Source: Bacteroidia bacterium
GTDB taxonomy: Bacteria > Bacteroidota > Bacteroidia > UKL13-3
Direction of reading: 5' to 3'
DNA: 64,000 bases
Assembly (NCBI GenBank): GCA_044370475.1
Contig: JBILVK010000002.1
Location: forward strand, 9,383 to 73,382
The translations under genes were made by a program, and so were the position numbers. This document shows positions 1-8,402 of this stretch, one piece after another. Below the pieces are notes generated by a model. It did no database searches. It was given only the letters and a program-made list of their open reading frames with translations, and had not been told where the DNA came from. How positions within the stretch are numbered: position 1 is the stretch's first letter; each line of letters opens with the position of its first letter.

Positions 1-660
1 GCAAATGTTGGATTAAGCAAAATCTATAACAATGGCTATAGTAGCGGGTTTGGAATGGCTTACTATTATCAGAATTTTAAACATCCCTATTTGGTAACTA
101 CTGCTGGTGGGGCACCCCCAAATTACCCTATTAAAGATACAAGCGAGCTTTCTCATAATATTTCATTTAGCGGTTATTTATCTAAAAGAACTCAGTATTT
201 TGAACCCATATTGTTTCTAAACTATGCTAATTTTGACTTAATAAGTAGGGTGCAAATAGAGGGCGGATTAAGCTATTTCCCATTAGGCAACGCCAAATTC
301 TATGGCTATTCCAGTGCAAGCTTTTCTAAAGTTAAATCAGATAAAAATTGGGTCTTTCAACAAAAGTTGGGATATACTCCAAGTCAGCTAATTGGGCTGG
401 ATGCAAGCTTCATGATTGGCGACCTAGACAATTATATGTCGCATTTGGGCTTCCTTACATTAAATACATTCGACCCTCTCAATTGGTCGGTTGGCATGGA
501 TGTTTCATTTAGAAAAAACAAGTATACCATTGCCCCTGGTTATAGATACCAACAAAGAGAAAGTTCTTATAGCAGTGAATCTGCTCCAGGTACTTCCAAA
601 ACGAATACTTACAACTATTTTAATCACTTATTTTTTATTACCATAAAATGTCAACTCTAA
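1..660 (+). CDS. hypothetical protein, 5' end outside the window; Gly/Ser/Tyr/Asn-rich, possibly an outer-membrane beta-barrel protein
   Basis: ORF track 55..660. The same frame has no stop back to nt 1. Its stop overlaps the start of the next gene. Confidence 0.4.
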   Translation, partial: ANVGLSKIYNNGYSSGFGMAYYYQNFKHPYLVTTAGGAPPNYPIKDTSELSHNISFSGYLSKRTQYFEPILFLNYANFDLISRVQIEGGLSYFPLGNAKFYGYSSASFSKVKSDKNWVFQQKLGYTPSQLIGLDASFMIGDLDNYMSHLGFLTLNTFDPLNWSVGMDVSFRKNKYTIAPGYRYQQRESSYSSESAPGTSKTNTYNYFNHLFFITIKCQL

Positions 661-1256
661 AGAAAATTCTAGTGGCCATATTGCTTCTTTGCAATGTCCA
701 TTCACAGGCACAAAATCTGAGCGAAATATTTACCAAAAGCTATGCTTCAGAAAAAGCAGGTAATTACAGCGAAGCAATAACTCAGATGCAGGGGCAAACC
801 TACAGTGCTGTTTACGAAGTAAACTTGCGCTTGGGATGGTTGTATTATGCTAATAAAAAACACAATGAATCTATTGCCTATTATCAAAAGGCAATCTCGC
901 TTAAGCCCATGGCTACAGAGCCTATTTGGGGTCTTATTTACCCACTTAGCGCCCAAGAAAAGTGGAATTCGGTGGAACAAGCTTATAAAGATATTTTAAA
1001 ATTAGACCCCAAAAACTCAAAGGCAAACTATTATTTAGGTTCCATTTATTTTTACCGAAAAGACTATAACAACGCTAGAAAGTTCTTACAAGAAGTTGTA
1101 AATCTTTACCCATTTGATAGGGAGGCGGGTCTCTTATTGGCTTGGAGCTATTACTATTTAGGAAATAAACCAGAAGCCAAGAAAATGTTTCAACATGTGT
1201 TAAATAATAAGCCAGATGACGCATCGGCATTGGAGGGTTTATCTTTAATAAAATAA
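648..1256 (+). CDS. secreted TPR-repeat protein
   Basis: N-terminal signal peptide (LLLCNVHSQAQ). Repeated A-x-x-Y-Y-x-K-A-hydrophobic-x-L-x-P TPR-like units. Confidence 0.7.
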   Translation: MSTLKKILVAILLLCNVHSQAQNLSEIFTKSYASEKAGNYSEAITQMQGQTYSAVYEVNLRLGWLYYANKKHNESIAYYQKAISLKPMATEPIWGLIYPLSAQEKWNSVEQAYKDILKLDPKNSKANYYLGSIYFYRKDYNNARKFLQEVVNLYPFDREAGLLLAWSYYYLGNKPEAKKMFQHVLNNKPDDASALEGLSLIK

Positions 1257-1273
1257 TTCCTTACCTTTATCGC

Positions 1274-1663
1274 GTGAAAGATTTAAAGAAGTATTACATC
1301 ATTCCAGCCCCTCCAGAGGATGTTTATTTAGCCCTTACCAATGAAGCAACCATGATGTTGTGGACAGGTGATCAAGCAAGTTTTGTGGCCGAGGTAGGTG
1401 CAGAATTCTCCATGTGGGATGGTAGTATTTTGGGTAAGAATTTGGAATTGGAGCCTAGTAAGAAAATTGTTCAACAATGGTTTTTTGGTGATGAGGAGAC
1501 CGATACGCCAAGTATTGTAACCATGAAACTACATCCACATAACCAAGGTACTTCTTTGGAAGTGAGGCATACCAATATTCCAGACGAAGAGTACAATGAT
1601 ATTGCAGATGGCTGGACAGCCGAATATGTTGGTTCATTGATTGACTTTTACGAGGAAGGTTAA
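1274..1663 (+). CDS. SRPBCC / AHSA1 (activator of Hsp90 ATPase-like) domain protein
   Basis: 129 aa, GTG start. The IPAPPEDVYLALTNEATMMLWTG opening is typical of the START/AHSA1 superfamily. Confidence 0.55.
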   Translation: MKDLKKYYIIPAPPEDVYLALTNEATMMLWTGDQASFVAEVGAEFSMWDGSILGKNLELEPSKKIVQQWFFGDEETDTPSIVTMKLHPHNQGTSLEVRHTNIPDEEYNDIADGWTAEYVGSLIDFYEEG

Positions 1664-1685
1664 GCATTTAGTGCCCCAAAAATCA

Positions 1686-2357
1686 TCACCATTTTATAGG
1701 TTCAATGTTATTTTGGAATAAATAGGCATTCGTTTTACTGAAATGTTTGCATTCAAAAAATCCTCTATGAGCCGAAAGGGGAGAAGGATGCGGAGCTTCT
1801 AAAACAAGGTGTTTTGAGCTATCTATCAATATTTTTTTGCTCTGCGCAAAGCTACCCCAAAGCAAGAATACAATGTTATGATGCTGCAGGCTAATCTGCT
1901 TTATTACCTCATCAGTAAATTCTTCCCAACCCTTTTTTTGATGCGACCCTGCTTGATTTGCACCTACTGTGAGGGTAGCATTTAACAAGAGTACTCCTTG
2001 CTCTGCCCAATGAATTAAATTGCCGCTCAACGGGATTTTATAGGAAGGAATATCAGCTTGTATGCCTTTAAATATATTGCGCAAAGAAGGAGGGAAGTCT
2101 ATTCCGTCATTCACAGAAAAACTTAAACCATGGGCTTGGTTCAGACCGTGATAAGGATCTTGGCCCAAAAGAACTACCTTGACTTGATGAAATGGTGTAA
2201 CATGAAAGGCCTCAAAGATTTTGGGTCCGGGTGGGTAAAACACCTTGCCTGCTTGTTTTTCAGCCTTTAAAAACGCAATAAGCTGCCTAAAGCTAGGTCT
2301 TTCTAGTGCCTCCTTTAAAACAAGTTTCCAGCTATCTTCAATTTGAATGTTAGACAT
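1686..2357 (-). CDS. ung: uracil-DNA glycosylase, family 1
   Basis: GQDPYHGLNQAHGLSFSV and HPSPLSA motifs. Start moved to the internal ATG (MSNIQIEDSW) by comparison with E. coli Ung as I remember it. Confidence 0.93.
   Translation of the reverse strand: MSNIQIEDSWKLVLKEALERPSFRQLIAFLKAEKQAGKVFYPPGPKIFEAFHVTPFHQVKVVLLGQDPYHGLNQAHGLSFSVNDGIDFPPSLRNIFKGIQADIPSYKIPLSGNLIHWAEQGVLLLNATLTVGANQAGSHQKKGWEEFTDEVIKQISLQHHNIVFLLWGSFAQSKKILIDSSKHLVLEAPHPSPLSAHRGFFECKHFSKTNAYLFQNNIEPIKW
2136..2148 (-). repeat. iterated motif copy, TTGGTTCAGACCG
   Basis: 13 of 15 match to the TTGGTTCAGACCGAA word. Lies inside ung and encodes HGLNQ on the coding strand. Confidence 0.8.
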
Positions 2358-2428
2358 GTTGTTGTGCAAGTTACATAATTCAGCATTTTTAATTTGCATT
2401 TATGCTCTCTGGCGTTCACTTTTGCCGT

Positions 2429-3241
2429 ATGGACCATAAAGAAATAATTGAAAAAGCTTGGGAAGATCGTTCCCTTTTAACAGATACAACTACACAGCAG
2501 GCAATAAATGAAGTGATAGAGAAGCTAGATAAGGGCGTTTTACGAGTGGCCGAACCTACCTCAAATGGTTGGCAGGTAAATGATTGGGTTAAGAAGGCTG
2601 TGATCTTATATTTCCCTATTCGGAAAATGGAAACTTACAACGTTGGACCCATGGAATACCACGATAAAATGGCACTTAAAACCAATTATGCAGAATTGGG
2701 TGTTCGTGTAGTTCCTAATGCCGTTGCGCGATATGGTGCCTACTTAAGTAAGGGCACTATTTTAATGCCAAGCTATGTTAATATTGGTGCTTATGTTGAT
2801 GAAGGAACCATGGTAGATACCTGGGCAACTGTTGGTAGTTGTGCGCAAATAGGTAAGCATGTTCACTTAAGTGGTGGAGTGGGAATTGGTGGCGTTTTAG
2901 AGCCTGTTCAAGCTGCTCCCGTAATCATTGAAGACAATTGCTTTATTGGTTCAAGATGTATAGTTGTTGAAGGAGTACACATTGAAAAGGAGGCTGTTTT
3001 AGGTGCTGGTGTTACCCTAACCATGAGCACAAAAATAATTGATGTAACGGGTCATGAACCCATTGAATACAAAGGTCGCGTACCTGCACGCTCGGTTGTA
3101 ATTCCAGGTTCATATACCAAACAATTTGCAGCTGGTTCTTACCAAGTTCCTTGTGCTTTAATTATTGGTCAAAGAAAACCTAGTACAGATTTAAAAACAT
3201 CTTTAAATAACGCACTTCGCGAATACGACGTAGCAGTATAA
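2429..3241 (+). CDS. dapD: 2,3,4,5-tetrahydropyridine-2,6-dicarboxylate N-succinyltransferase
   Basis: N-terminus MDHKEIIEKAWEDRSLL and hexapeptide-repeat body (GAYVDEGTMVDTWATVGSCAQIGKHVHLSGGVGIGG). Start chosen at the second ATG. Confidence 0.88.
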   Translation: MDHKEIIEKAWEDRSLLTDTTTQQAINEVIEKLDKGVLRVAEPTSNGWQVNDWVKKAVILYFPIRKMETYNVGPMEYHDKMALKTNYAELGVRVVPNAVARYGAYLSKGTILMPSYVNIGAYVDEGTMVDTWATVGSCAQIGKHVHLSGGVGIGGVLEPVQAAPVIIEDNCFIGSRCIVVEGVHIEKEAVLGAGVTLTMSTKIIDVTGHEPIEYKGRVPARSVVIPGSYTKQFAAGSYQVPCALIIGQRKPSTDLKTSLNNALREYDVAV

Positions 3242-3246
3242 ATAAG

Positions 3247-4155
3247 TTAATGTCCCCCGCCTTTCATCATTTTAAAAATATGAAGTAAGGCTGGGAATAC
3301 AGCATCCATTGATTCTTCTGCGCCTCTTGTGCTGCCTGGTAAGGCAAGTACAACCGTATTTCCAATAAGTCCGCATACACTTCTAGAAAGCATAGAATAT
3401 GGCATACGTTGTTGTCCATAATTTCTGATGGCTTCTGCTATGCCAGGAACTTCTTTTTCAATCAAGGGTTGCAAAGCTTCTGGCGTAACGTCAGTAGGTG
3501 AGAGTCCGGTACCCCCTGTAATTATTAATAAATCAATGCCATTGGCACAATGGTTTTTTACCCTATTCTGTATCTCACTTACCTCATCGGGTATCACAAT
3601 ATAATGTGTGTTTGCAAAGCTCATGGCTTCTAGTTTTGCCATAATAGCCTTGCCGGCTTTATCTTCTTTTTTCCCCGCAGAAATACTGTCGGAACACACA
3701 ATTACCGCCGCTTTTAGTTTATCCCCAATATTATTTTTGAAGTCGCTCTTGCCACCTTTTTTCTCAATTAATTTTATCTGCTTAATTTCAATTTGCTTGT
3801 CAATGGGCTTCAACATATCATAAATGGTTAAAGCAACAACAGATGCCCCATGCATGGCCTCAACTTCTACACCTGTTTTATAAATGGTGGAAACCTCTAC
3901 AAAAATTCTAATCTCCAAACCTTCCAATTCATAGGTTATGGCTGTTTGCTCTATGGGCAAAGGATGGCAATCTGGAATCAATTCACTGGTGCGCTTAACC
4001 CCAAATAAACCAGCCGTTCTAGCCATTTCTAATACATCTCCCTTAGGCACACGTTTATTTATAAGTGCATCCATGGTTTGGTTCGAACCAACCACAACGG
4101 TTGCGCTGGCAATTGCTCTGCGGTAAGTATTCGATTTATAGGTTATGTCTATCAT
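3247..4155 (-). CDS. moaC: bifunctional molybdenum cofactor biosynthesis protein MoaC/MoaB (cyclic pyranopterin monophosphate synthase fused to a MogA/MoaB-like domain)
   Basis: The N-terminal half resembles MoaC (KGDVLEMARTAGLFGVKRTSELIPDCHPLP). The C-terminal half resembles MoaB/MogA (IITGGTGLSPTDVTPEA). Confidence 0.88.
   Translation of the reverse strand: MIDITYKSNTYRRAIASATVVVGSNQTMDALINKRVPKGDVLEMARTAGLFGVKRTSELIPDCHPLPIEQTAITYELEGLEIRIFVEVSTIYKTGVEVEAMHGASVVALTIYDMLKPIDKQIEIKQIKLIEKKGGKSDFKNNIGDKLKAAVIVCSDSISAGKKEDKAGKAIMAKLEAMSFANTHYIVIPDEVSEIQNRVKNHCANGIDLLIITGGTGLSPTDVTPEALQPLIEKEVPGIAEAIRNYGQQRMPYSMLSRSVCGLIGNTVVLALPGSTRGAEESMDAVFPALLHIFKMMKGGGH
4078..4091. repeat. iterated motif copy, palindromic variant TTGGTTCGAACCAA
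   Basis: Perfect 14-nt palindrome inside moaC/B (encodes VGSNQ). Confidence 0.75.
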
Positions 4156-4160
4156 TGTAA

Positions 4161-4595
4161 TTATTGATTAATTTTCCATCTACTTGCTTCATCGTTAAAC
4201 AACTCTTTTCCCCAAATTGGAACTTCTTTTTTGATGCGCTCTACCAGGTATTCACATGATTCAATGGCTAACTTTCTGTGTTTAGATGAAGTAAATACAA
4301 ATAAGCAAATTTCTCCAGCATTTACTAGGCCTAAGCTATGATAAATGTGCATGCAAGTGAGGTCATATTTGGCAAAACAATCTTCTCTAATGATATCTAA
4401 AATGGGTTCGGCCATATCTAAATAACACTCGTAATTGATGCCAATAACTTCTATATCGTCTATCTTGTCATTGCGCACCTGACCTAAAAAAATATTATGT
4501 GCACCAATGTCTTTTTTAGTGCTGTGCTTGGTAATAGATTCGGCTATAAACGCAGGCGAAATAGCACCTTCCACAAAAACTTTTTTCTTACTCAT
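4161..4595 (-). CDS. moaE: molybdopterin synthase catalytic subunit MoaE
   Basis: 144 aa. FLGQVRND region and position in the operon next to moaC/B. Confidence 0.82.
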   Translation of the reverse strand: MSKKKVFVEGAISPAFIAESITKHSTKKDIGAHNIFLGQVRNDKIDDIEVIGINYECYLDMAEPILDIIREDCFAKYDLTCMHIYHSLGLVNAGEICLFVFTSSKHRKLAIESCEYLVERIKKEVPIWGKELFNDEASRWKINQ

Positions 4596-4598
4596 GCC

Positions 4599-4826
4599 TC
4601 AAAGTTTTATAATATCAATAATGTGAACCGGACAATTTACCATAGCTCTTTTGTTTTCATCATACTCCCAATCTGGTATGTTTACATTAAACATACCACG
4701 TTTTTCAACAGCTCCCACCAAGTTAGATTTGCCATCAATTCTACTCACACCCCATCTTTGCGGAGCAGCCTCCACACAGGCATTGCAGCCAATGCACTTG
4801 TTTCTTTGCTGAATAATTTTATACAT
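4599..4826 (-). CDS. small single-cluster ferredoxin (about 75 aa)
   Basis: CIGCNAC ... CP cysteine pattern. ATG at 4826 overlaps the last 8 nt of the U32 gene. The track's longer start is a TTG. Confidence 0.7.
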   Translation of the reverse strand: MYKIIQQRNKCIGCNACVEAAPQRWGVSRIDGKSNLVGAVEKRGMFNVNIPDWEYDENKRAMVNCPVHIIDIIKL

Positions 4827-6078
4827 CCTGTGCGTCAACAATTTTATAAAGCTTATCAGAATTCCTCACCTTTTCTGGCAAAATCAAGGAGAAAATATCT
4901 CCTTTGCTTACCTCATTTACCACCTTGTCATCCACACGCAACTCCCCAACAATGCTCTCCTGATAACCACTGCTTGGCCCCATCACAATTACCTTATCAC
5001 CCACTCGCAATTGGTGACTTTCTGCTTTAAATTCTGCTACACCCAATTTAGCAAAATAGTTCATTCCTTTACCAATATAAATTTTCTTTTGGGTAGCCTT
5101 AGAACCATACTCATCATTCCATTCGCCCATCTTCCTGCCTAAGTAATATCCATCCCAAAAACCCCTATTAAACACAGTAGATAAGCGCGTTTTCCAATCC
5201 AATAACTTCTCCTCAGAGTAGCTTTTATCGTAATATGAATCAATTGCCTCTCGGTAACATTTAGTTACTGTATACACATAATCTGCCGAGCGTCCTCTTC
5301 CTTCAATCTTCATTACCTTAACCCCTGCATCTATTATTTTATCAATAAAATCAATGGTGCAAAGGTCCTTGGCCGACATAATATATTCATTGTCTATCTC
5401 AAATTCTATGCCTTCATCTTTATCTGTTACCACATAATTTCTTCTACAATTTTGTATGCATGCACCTCTGTTTGCAGATGCATTATGCGAATGCAAACTC
5501 AAATAACATTTGCCAGATACTGCCATGCATAAAGCTCCATGAACAAAGATTTCTACCTCTATAGGCTTACCGGCTGGACCACAAATATTCTTTCTTTTTA
5601 TCTTAGAACAAATCTCCGCAACCTGCTTTAATGTTAGCTCCCGAGCCAAAACCACCACATCGGCAAAGGTGCTATAAAATTCTACCGTTTCAACATTAGA
5701 AACATTGGCTTGCGTAGAAATATGTACCTCAACACCCTCCTTATATGCAGTACTAATAGCCGCATGATCTGCCGCAATTATTGCCGTAATTCCTGCTTTT
5801 TTAACCGCCTTCACAATGTCCTTCATCAACCTAATATCATGGTCGTATAAAACAGTGTTTAAAGTAAGGTAAGTCTTAACGTTATGCTGCCTTCCAATCT
5901 CTGCAATTTTATCTAAATCATGCAAAGTGAAATTGTTGGTAGAACGCGCGCGCATATTCAATTGCTCCACGCCAAAATAAACAGAATTACACCCTGCTTG
6001 TATAGCCGCCATCATCGATTCATAGGAACCCGCTGGCGCCATTAATTCAATTGCTGTTTCTTTGCTAAATGTTGTCAT
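4819..6078 (-). CDS. U32 family 'peptidase' (family of the RlhA/TrhP/UbiU-type prephenate-dependent hydroxylases)
   Basis: U32 signature E-I-F-V-H-G-A-L-C-M-A-V-S-G-K-C-Y-L-S and N-terminal ELMAPAGS. 419 aa. Confidence 0.9.
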   Translation of the reverse strand: MTTFSKETAIELMAPAGSYESMMAAIQAGCNSVYFGVEQLNMRARSTNNFTLHDLDKIAEIGRQHNVKTYLTLNTVLYDHDIRLMKDIVKAVKKAGITAIIAADHAAISTAYKEGVEVHISTQANVSNVETVEFYSTFADVVVLARELTLKQVAEICSKIKRKNICGPAGKPIEVEIFVHGALCMAVSGKCYLSLHSHNASANRGACIQNCRRNYVVTDKDEGIEFEIDNEYIMSAKDLCTIDFIDKIIDAGVKVMKIEGRGRSADYVYTVTKCYREAIDSYYDKSYSEEKLLDWKTRLSTVFNRGFWDGYYLGRKMGEWNDEYGSKATQKKIYIGKGMNYFAKLGVAEFKAESHQLRVGDKVIVMGPSSGYQESIVGELRVDDKVVNEVSKGDIFSLILPEKVRNSDKLYKIVDAQDV

Positions 6079-7333
6079 AAAATCTATTTTGAATAGCTAT
6101 TGATTCTCCATGAATTTTGTTAAAAACCTCTGTGATAAAATCCTTATCTAAGCCAAATTTACTGGCCTCTACAAGCCTTTTCCTCAAAGTTAACTCCCAT
6201 TGTTCGGTCTGAACCAAAGCCATGTTTAAAGTCTTTTTTACCTCTGCTATTTTTGTTACTATTTCTTTTCTTTTTGCTAGCATTTCTATCATTGATGTGT
6301 CTAAACTGTTCAATGCAAATCGCAAATTCTCTAATGAGCTTTGTGCTTCCTTATGAAGCTTGTTTTCTTCATCAATTAACTCATCATTCGACTGATTTTT
6401 ATTAGTATCAGATAAGGGAATATTTACCTCATTATCCTTACCTGGTAAGCTATCAATTTTCTCAATTGTATTTATATCAAAATCCTTTTCAACGCTAGCT
6501 CGGTTCAAACCGAAATTGTTTTTAAAAATTGATTCACTGCTATTCTTACTTTCTGTTTTTTTGTTGCTAATTGTAGGCGCTAAGTCCAATGATTTTTCTG
6601 CACCAACCGACGAGTAATCGCTTTCATAAAATGTATTGTACAAAGAATGATAGCTCAGCATTTTATTTGCCAAAGGCTTGCCAATTCCACATATTATTTT
6701 TATGGCTTCATTGGCTTGAAGGCAGCCTATAACTCCCGCCAGAACGCCTATTACACCAGCTTCTTCGCAGTTTTGAATGTGCATCCCACTTGGCTCATTA
6801 GGAAATAAATCTCTGTAGTTTTTACTATAGCCTTCATTCATTTTAAGGTTAAATACAGAAACCTGTCCTTCATACCTAGAAATTGAGCCATACACCAAGG
6901 CTTTGCTATGTCTTACACATGCATCATTCAACAAATACCGAGTGGCAAAATTATCTGTGCCATCAATAACCAAATCATACTCTGTTAGGATAGAATCCAC
7001 ATTGTTTGTTTGCATTTCGTGTGGGTAGGTCTGAACCAAGCATTGTGCATTGATTTCTTTAACTTTTTTTGCCGCTTGCTCAGCCTTTAATTTGCCAATA
7101 TCATTTGAAGTATATAATATTTGCCTATGTAAATTGCTTTCTTCTACTACATCAAAATCAACAATTCCTATTTGTCCAACTCCCGCCGAGGCTAAATAAA
7201 TCAATGCCGGACAGCCAAGTCCGCCCGCACCTACCACAAGAACTTTGGCTTCAAACAACTTCTTTTGTTCTACTAAACCAAAATTTGGCAAGCGCATTTG
7301 CCTAGCGTATTTATGGTAGTTTAAATCTTCCAT
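6065..7333 (-). CDS. moeB: MoeB/ThiF-type adenylyltransferase fused by a low-complexity linker to a C-terminal chorismate-mutase-like (AroQ) domain
   Basis: N-terminus VLVVGAGGLGCPALIYLASAGVGQIGIVDFDVVEESNLHRQ is the ThiF/MoeB fold. Start overlaps the moaD stop (TAATG). The last ~89 aa align by eye to E. coli CM. Confidence 0.8.
   Translation of the reverse strand: MEDLNYHKYARQMRLPNFGLVEQKKLFEAKVLVVGAGGLGCPALIYLASAGVGQIGIVDFDVVEESNLHRQILYTSNDIGKLKAEQAAKKVKEINAQCLVQTYPHEMQTNNVDSILTEYDLVIDGTDNFATRYLLNDACVRHSKALVYGSISRYEGQVSVFNLKMNEGYSKNYRDLFPNEPSGMHIQNCEEAGVIGVLAGVIGCLQANEAIKIICGIGKPLANKMLSYHSLYNTFYESDYSSVGAEKSLDLAPTISNKKTESKNSSESIFKNNFGLNRASVEKDFDINTIEKIDSLPGKDNEVNIPLSDTNKNQSNDELIDEENKLHKEAQSSLENLRFALNSLDTSMIEMLAKRKEIVTKIAEVKKTLNMALVQTEQWELTLRKRLVEASKFGLDKDFITEVFNKIHGESIAIQNRFYDNI
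6068..6334 (-). other. chorismate-mutase-like domain (last ~89 residues of the MoeB-like protein)
   Basis: LENLRFALNSLDTSMIEMLAKRKEIVTKIAEVKK...ESIAIQN. Equivalents of EcCM Arg11, Arg28, Lys39, Glu52, Ser84 and Gln88 are visible. Asp48/Arg51 equivalents are not. Confidence 0.6.
6203..6217 (+). repeat. iterated motif copy, exact TTCGGTCTGAACCAA
   Basis: Exact 15-mer. Encodes LVQTE in the CM-like domain. Confidence 0.9.
6501..6514 (-). repeat. iterated motif variant CGGTTCAAACCGAA
   Basis: One core mismatch. Lies in the linker of the MoeB-like protein (encodes FGLNR). Confidence 0.6.
7028..7039 (+). repeat. iterated motif copy GGTCTGAACCAA
   Basis: Exact 10-nt core plus AA. Encodes LVQT in the ThiF domain. 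Confidence 0.8.
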
Positions 7334-7575
7334 TAGCCTCCAGAAAATGGGGGTAACAAGGCCACTTCATTTCCTGCCTCAAGAACATAATCTGCACCAA
7401 CAATTTTCTTGTTTACAGATACTAAATATTCTATTTCATTGAGCAATGGATAGGTCTTAGCCAATTGAGCTTTTAAGGTAAACACACTATCTACTAAGGG
7501 CAAGTTGCAAACATGCTGCTGCATAATTTCTGCTATTTGTCCAAAAGCTAAGACCTCAATTGTTTGATTTGCCAT
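7333..7575 (-). CDS. moaD: molybdopterin synthase sulfur-carrier subunit MoaD
   Basis: 80 aa ending in the Gly-Gly C-terminus (PPFSGG). ATG at 7575 chosen because the longer form in the track begins with TTG. Confidence 0.8.
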   Translation of the reverse strand: MANQTIEVLAFGQIAEIMQQHVCNLPLVDSVFTLKAQLAKTYPLLNEIEYLVSVNKKIVGADYVLEAGNEVALLPPFSGG

Positions 7576-7635
7576 AGAAATTTTTACCCGATAAGGAATG
7601 CTGCAAAAATGAGCATTTTTTTCCTTACTTGGCAA

Positions 7636-8394
7636 TTATGTTAAAACTAGTTTTATAGCTGCCATCAGAAGCACTACTGCCAAAATTCGTTTTAATGCCA
7701 CAATAGGAAGTTTTTTAGCGCCAAAATATGCGCCCAAACTTCCTCCCAATAAAGCTAAAAGTAGCATCCATAAAAAGTTATGGCTATGCACATTATCCAT
7801 GTCAAAAAACAATGCAAGGCTGCCACTTTTAAATAGACCAAAGAGTCCAGCCAATGAATTTACAGCAATAAATAGTGCACTTGTAGCCGAGGTTTCTTTA
7901 AAGTTTAACCACCCTAAAAGCAATAGGAGGGGCGATAAAATTATTCCACCGCCAATACCTATAACGCCCGAAATAAAACCAATTGAGGCTCCAATCAAAA
8001 GGCTGTAGAATATAGAAAATTCTTTTATGGCCGACTCTTTAATCTCATAAAAACCAAAAAGTCGCACTATGGGAATTGTCAATAATAGCGCGAGAATGGG
8101 CCTGTAATATCCATGGCCTATGTTTAAGAATCCGCCCAAAAACGCGGCTGGAATTGACCCCAAAACTAGAAAGAAGAATAGTCTCCAATTCAATTGTACC
8201 CTCGACTTAAACTGAGTAAAACTAATGAGTGAAACAAGTATGTTCAACACCAAAGCACTTGGTTTCATAATGCTGGGCGAAAAGCTAAATAAAGCCATTA
8301 AGGCCAAATAACCACTTGCTCCGCCATGACCAACCGATGCATATAAAAAGGCAATAATAGGCAGGACTATATAAAACAAAAGCTCCCAGTTCAT
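7636..8394 (-). CDS. TauE/SafE (DUF81) family anion permease
   Basis: Polytopic membrane protein with ASVGHGGASGY and GIGGGIILSP motifs typical of TauE/SafE. ATG at 8394 chosen because the track start is TTG. Confidence 0.78.
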   Translation of the reverse strand: MNWELLFYIVLPIIAFLYASVGHGGASGYLALMALFSFSPSIMKPSALVLNILVSLISFTQFKSRVQLNWRLFFFLVLGSIPAAFLGGFLNIGHGYYRPILALLLTIPIVRLFGFYEIKESAIKEFSIFYSLLIGASIGFISGVIGIGGGIILSPLLLLLGWLNFKETSATSALFIAVNSLAGLFGLFKSGSLALFFDMDNVHSHNFLWMLLLALLGGSLGAYFGAKKLPIVALKRILAVVLLMAAIKLVLT

Positions 8395-8402
8395 GCTTCT
8401 AA

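Noticed and set aside
4497-5030. 177-aa plus-strand ORF antisense to moaE, the ferredoxin gene and the U32 gene. Similar antisense ORFs occur at 42718..43134, 59955..60398, 11842..12243, 29202..29540 and elsewhere.
   Set aside because: They lie entirely opposite well-supported conserved genes. Their translations are low-complexity, Cys/His/Leu/Phe-rich strings with no recognisable motifs, and they have no promoter box or independent spacing. I treat them as shadow ORFs.
4819-6078. The U32 gene as a collagenase or virulence protease (PrtC-like)
   Set aside because: Current knowledge of the family points to Fe-S, prephenate-dependent hydroxylases rather than proteases. The adjacent ferredoxin gene and CM-like domain fit that view.
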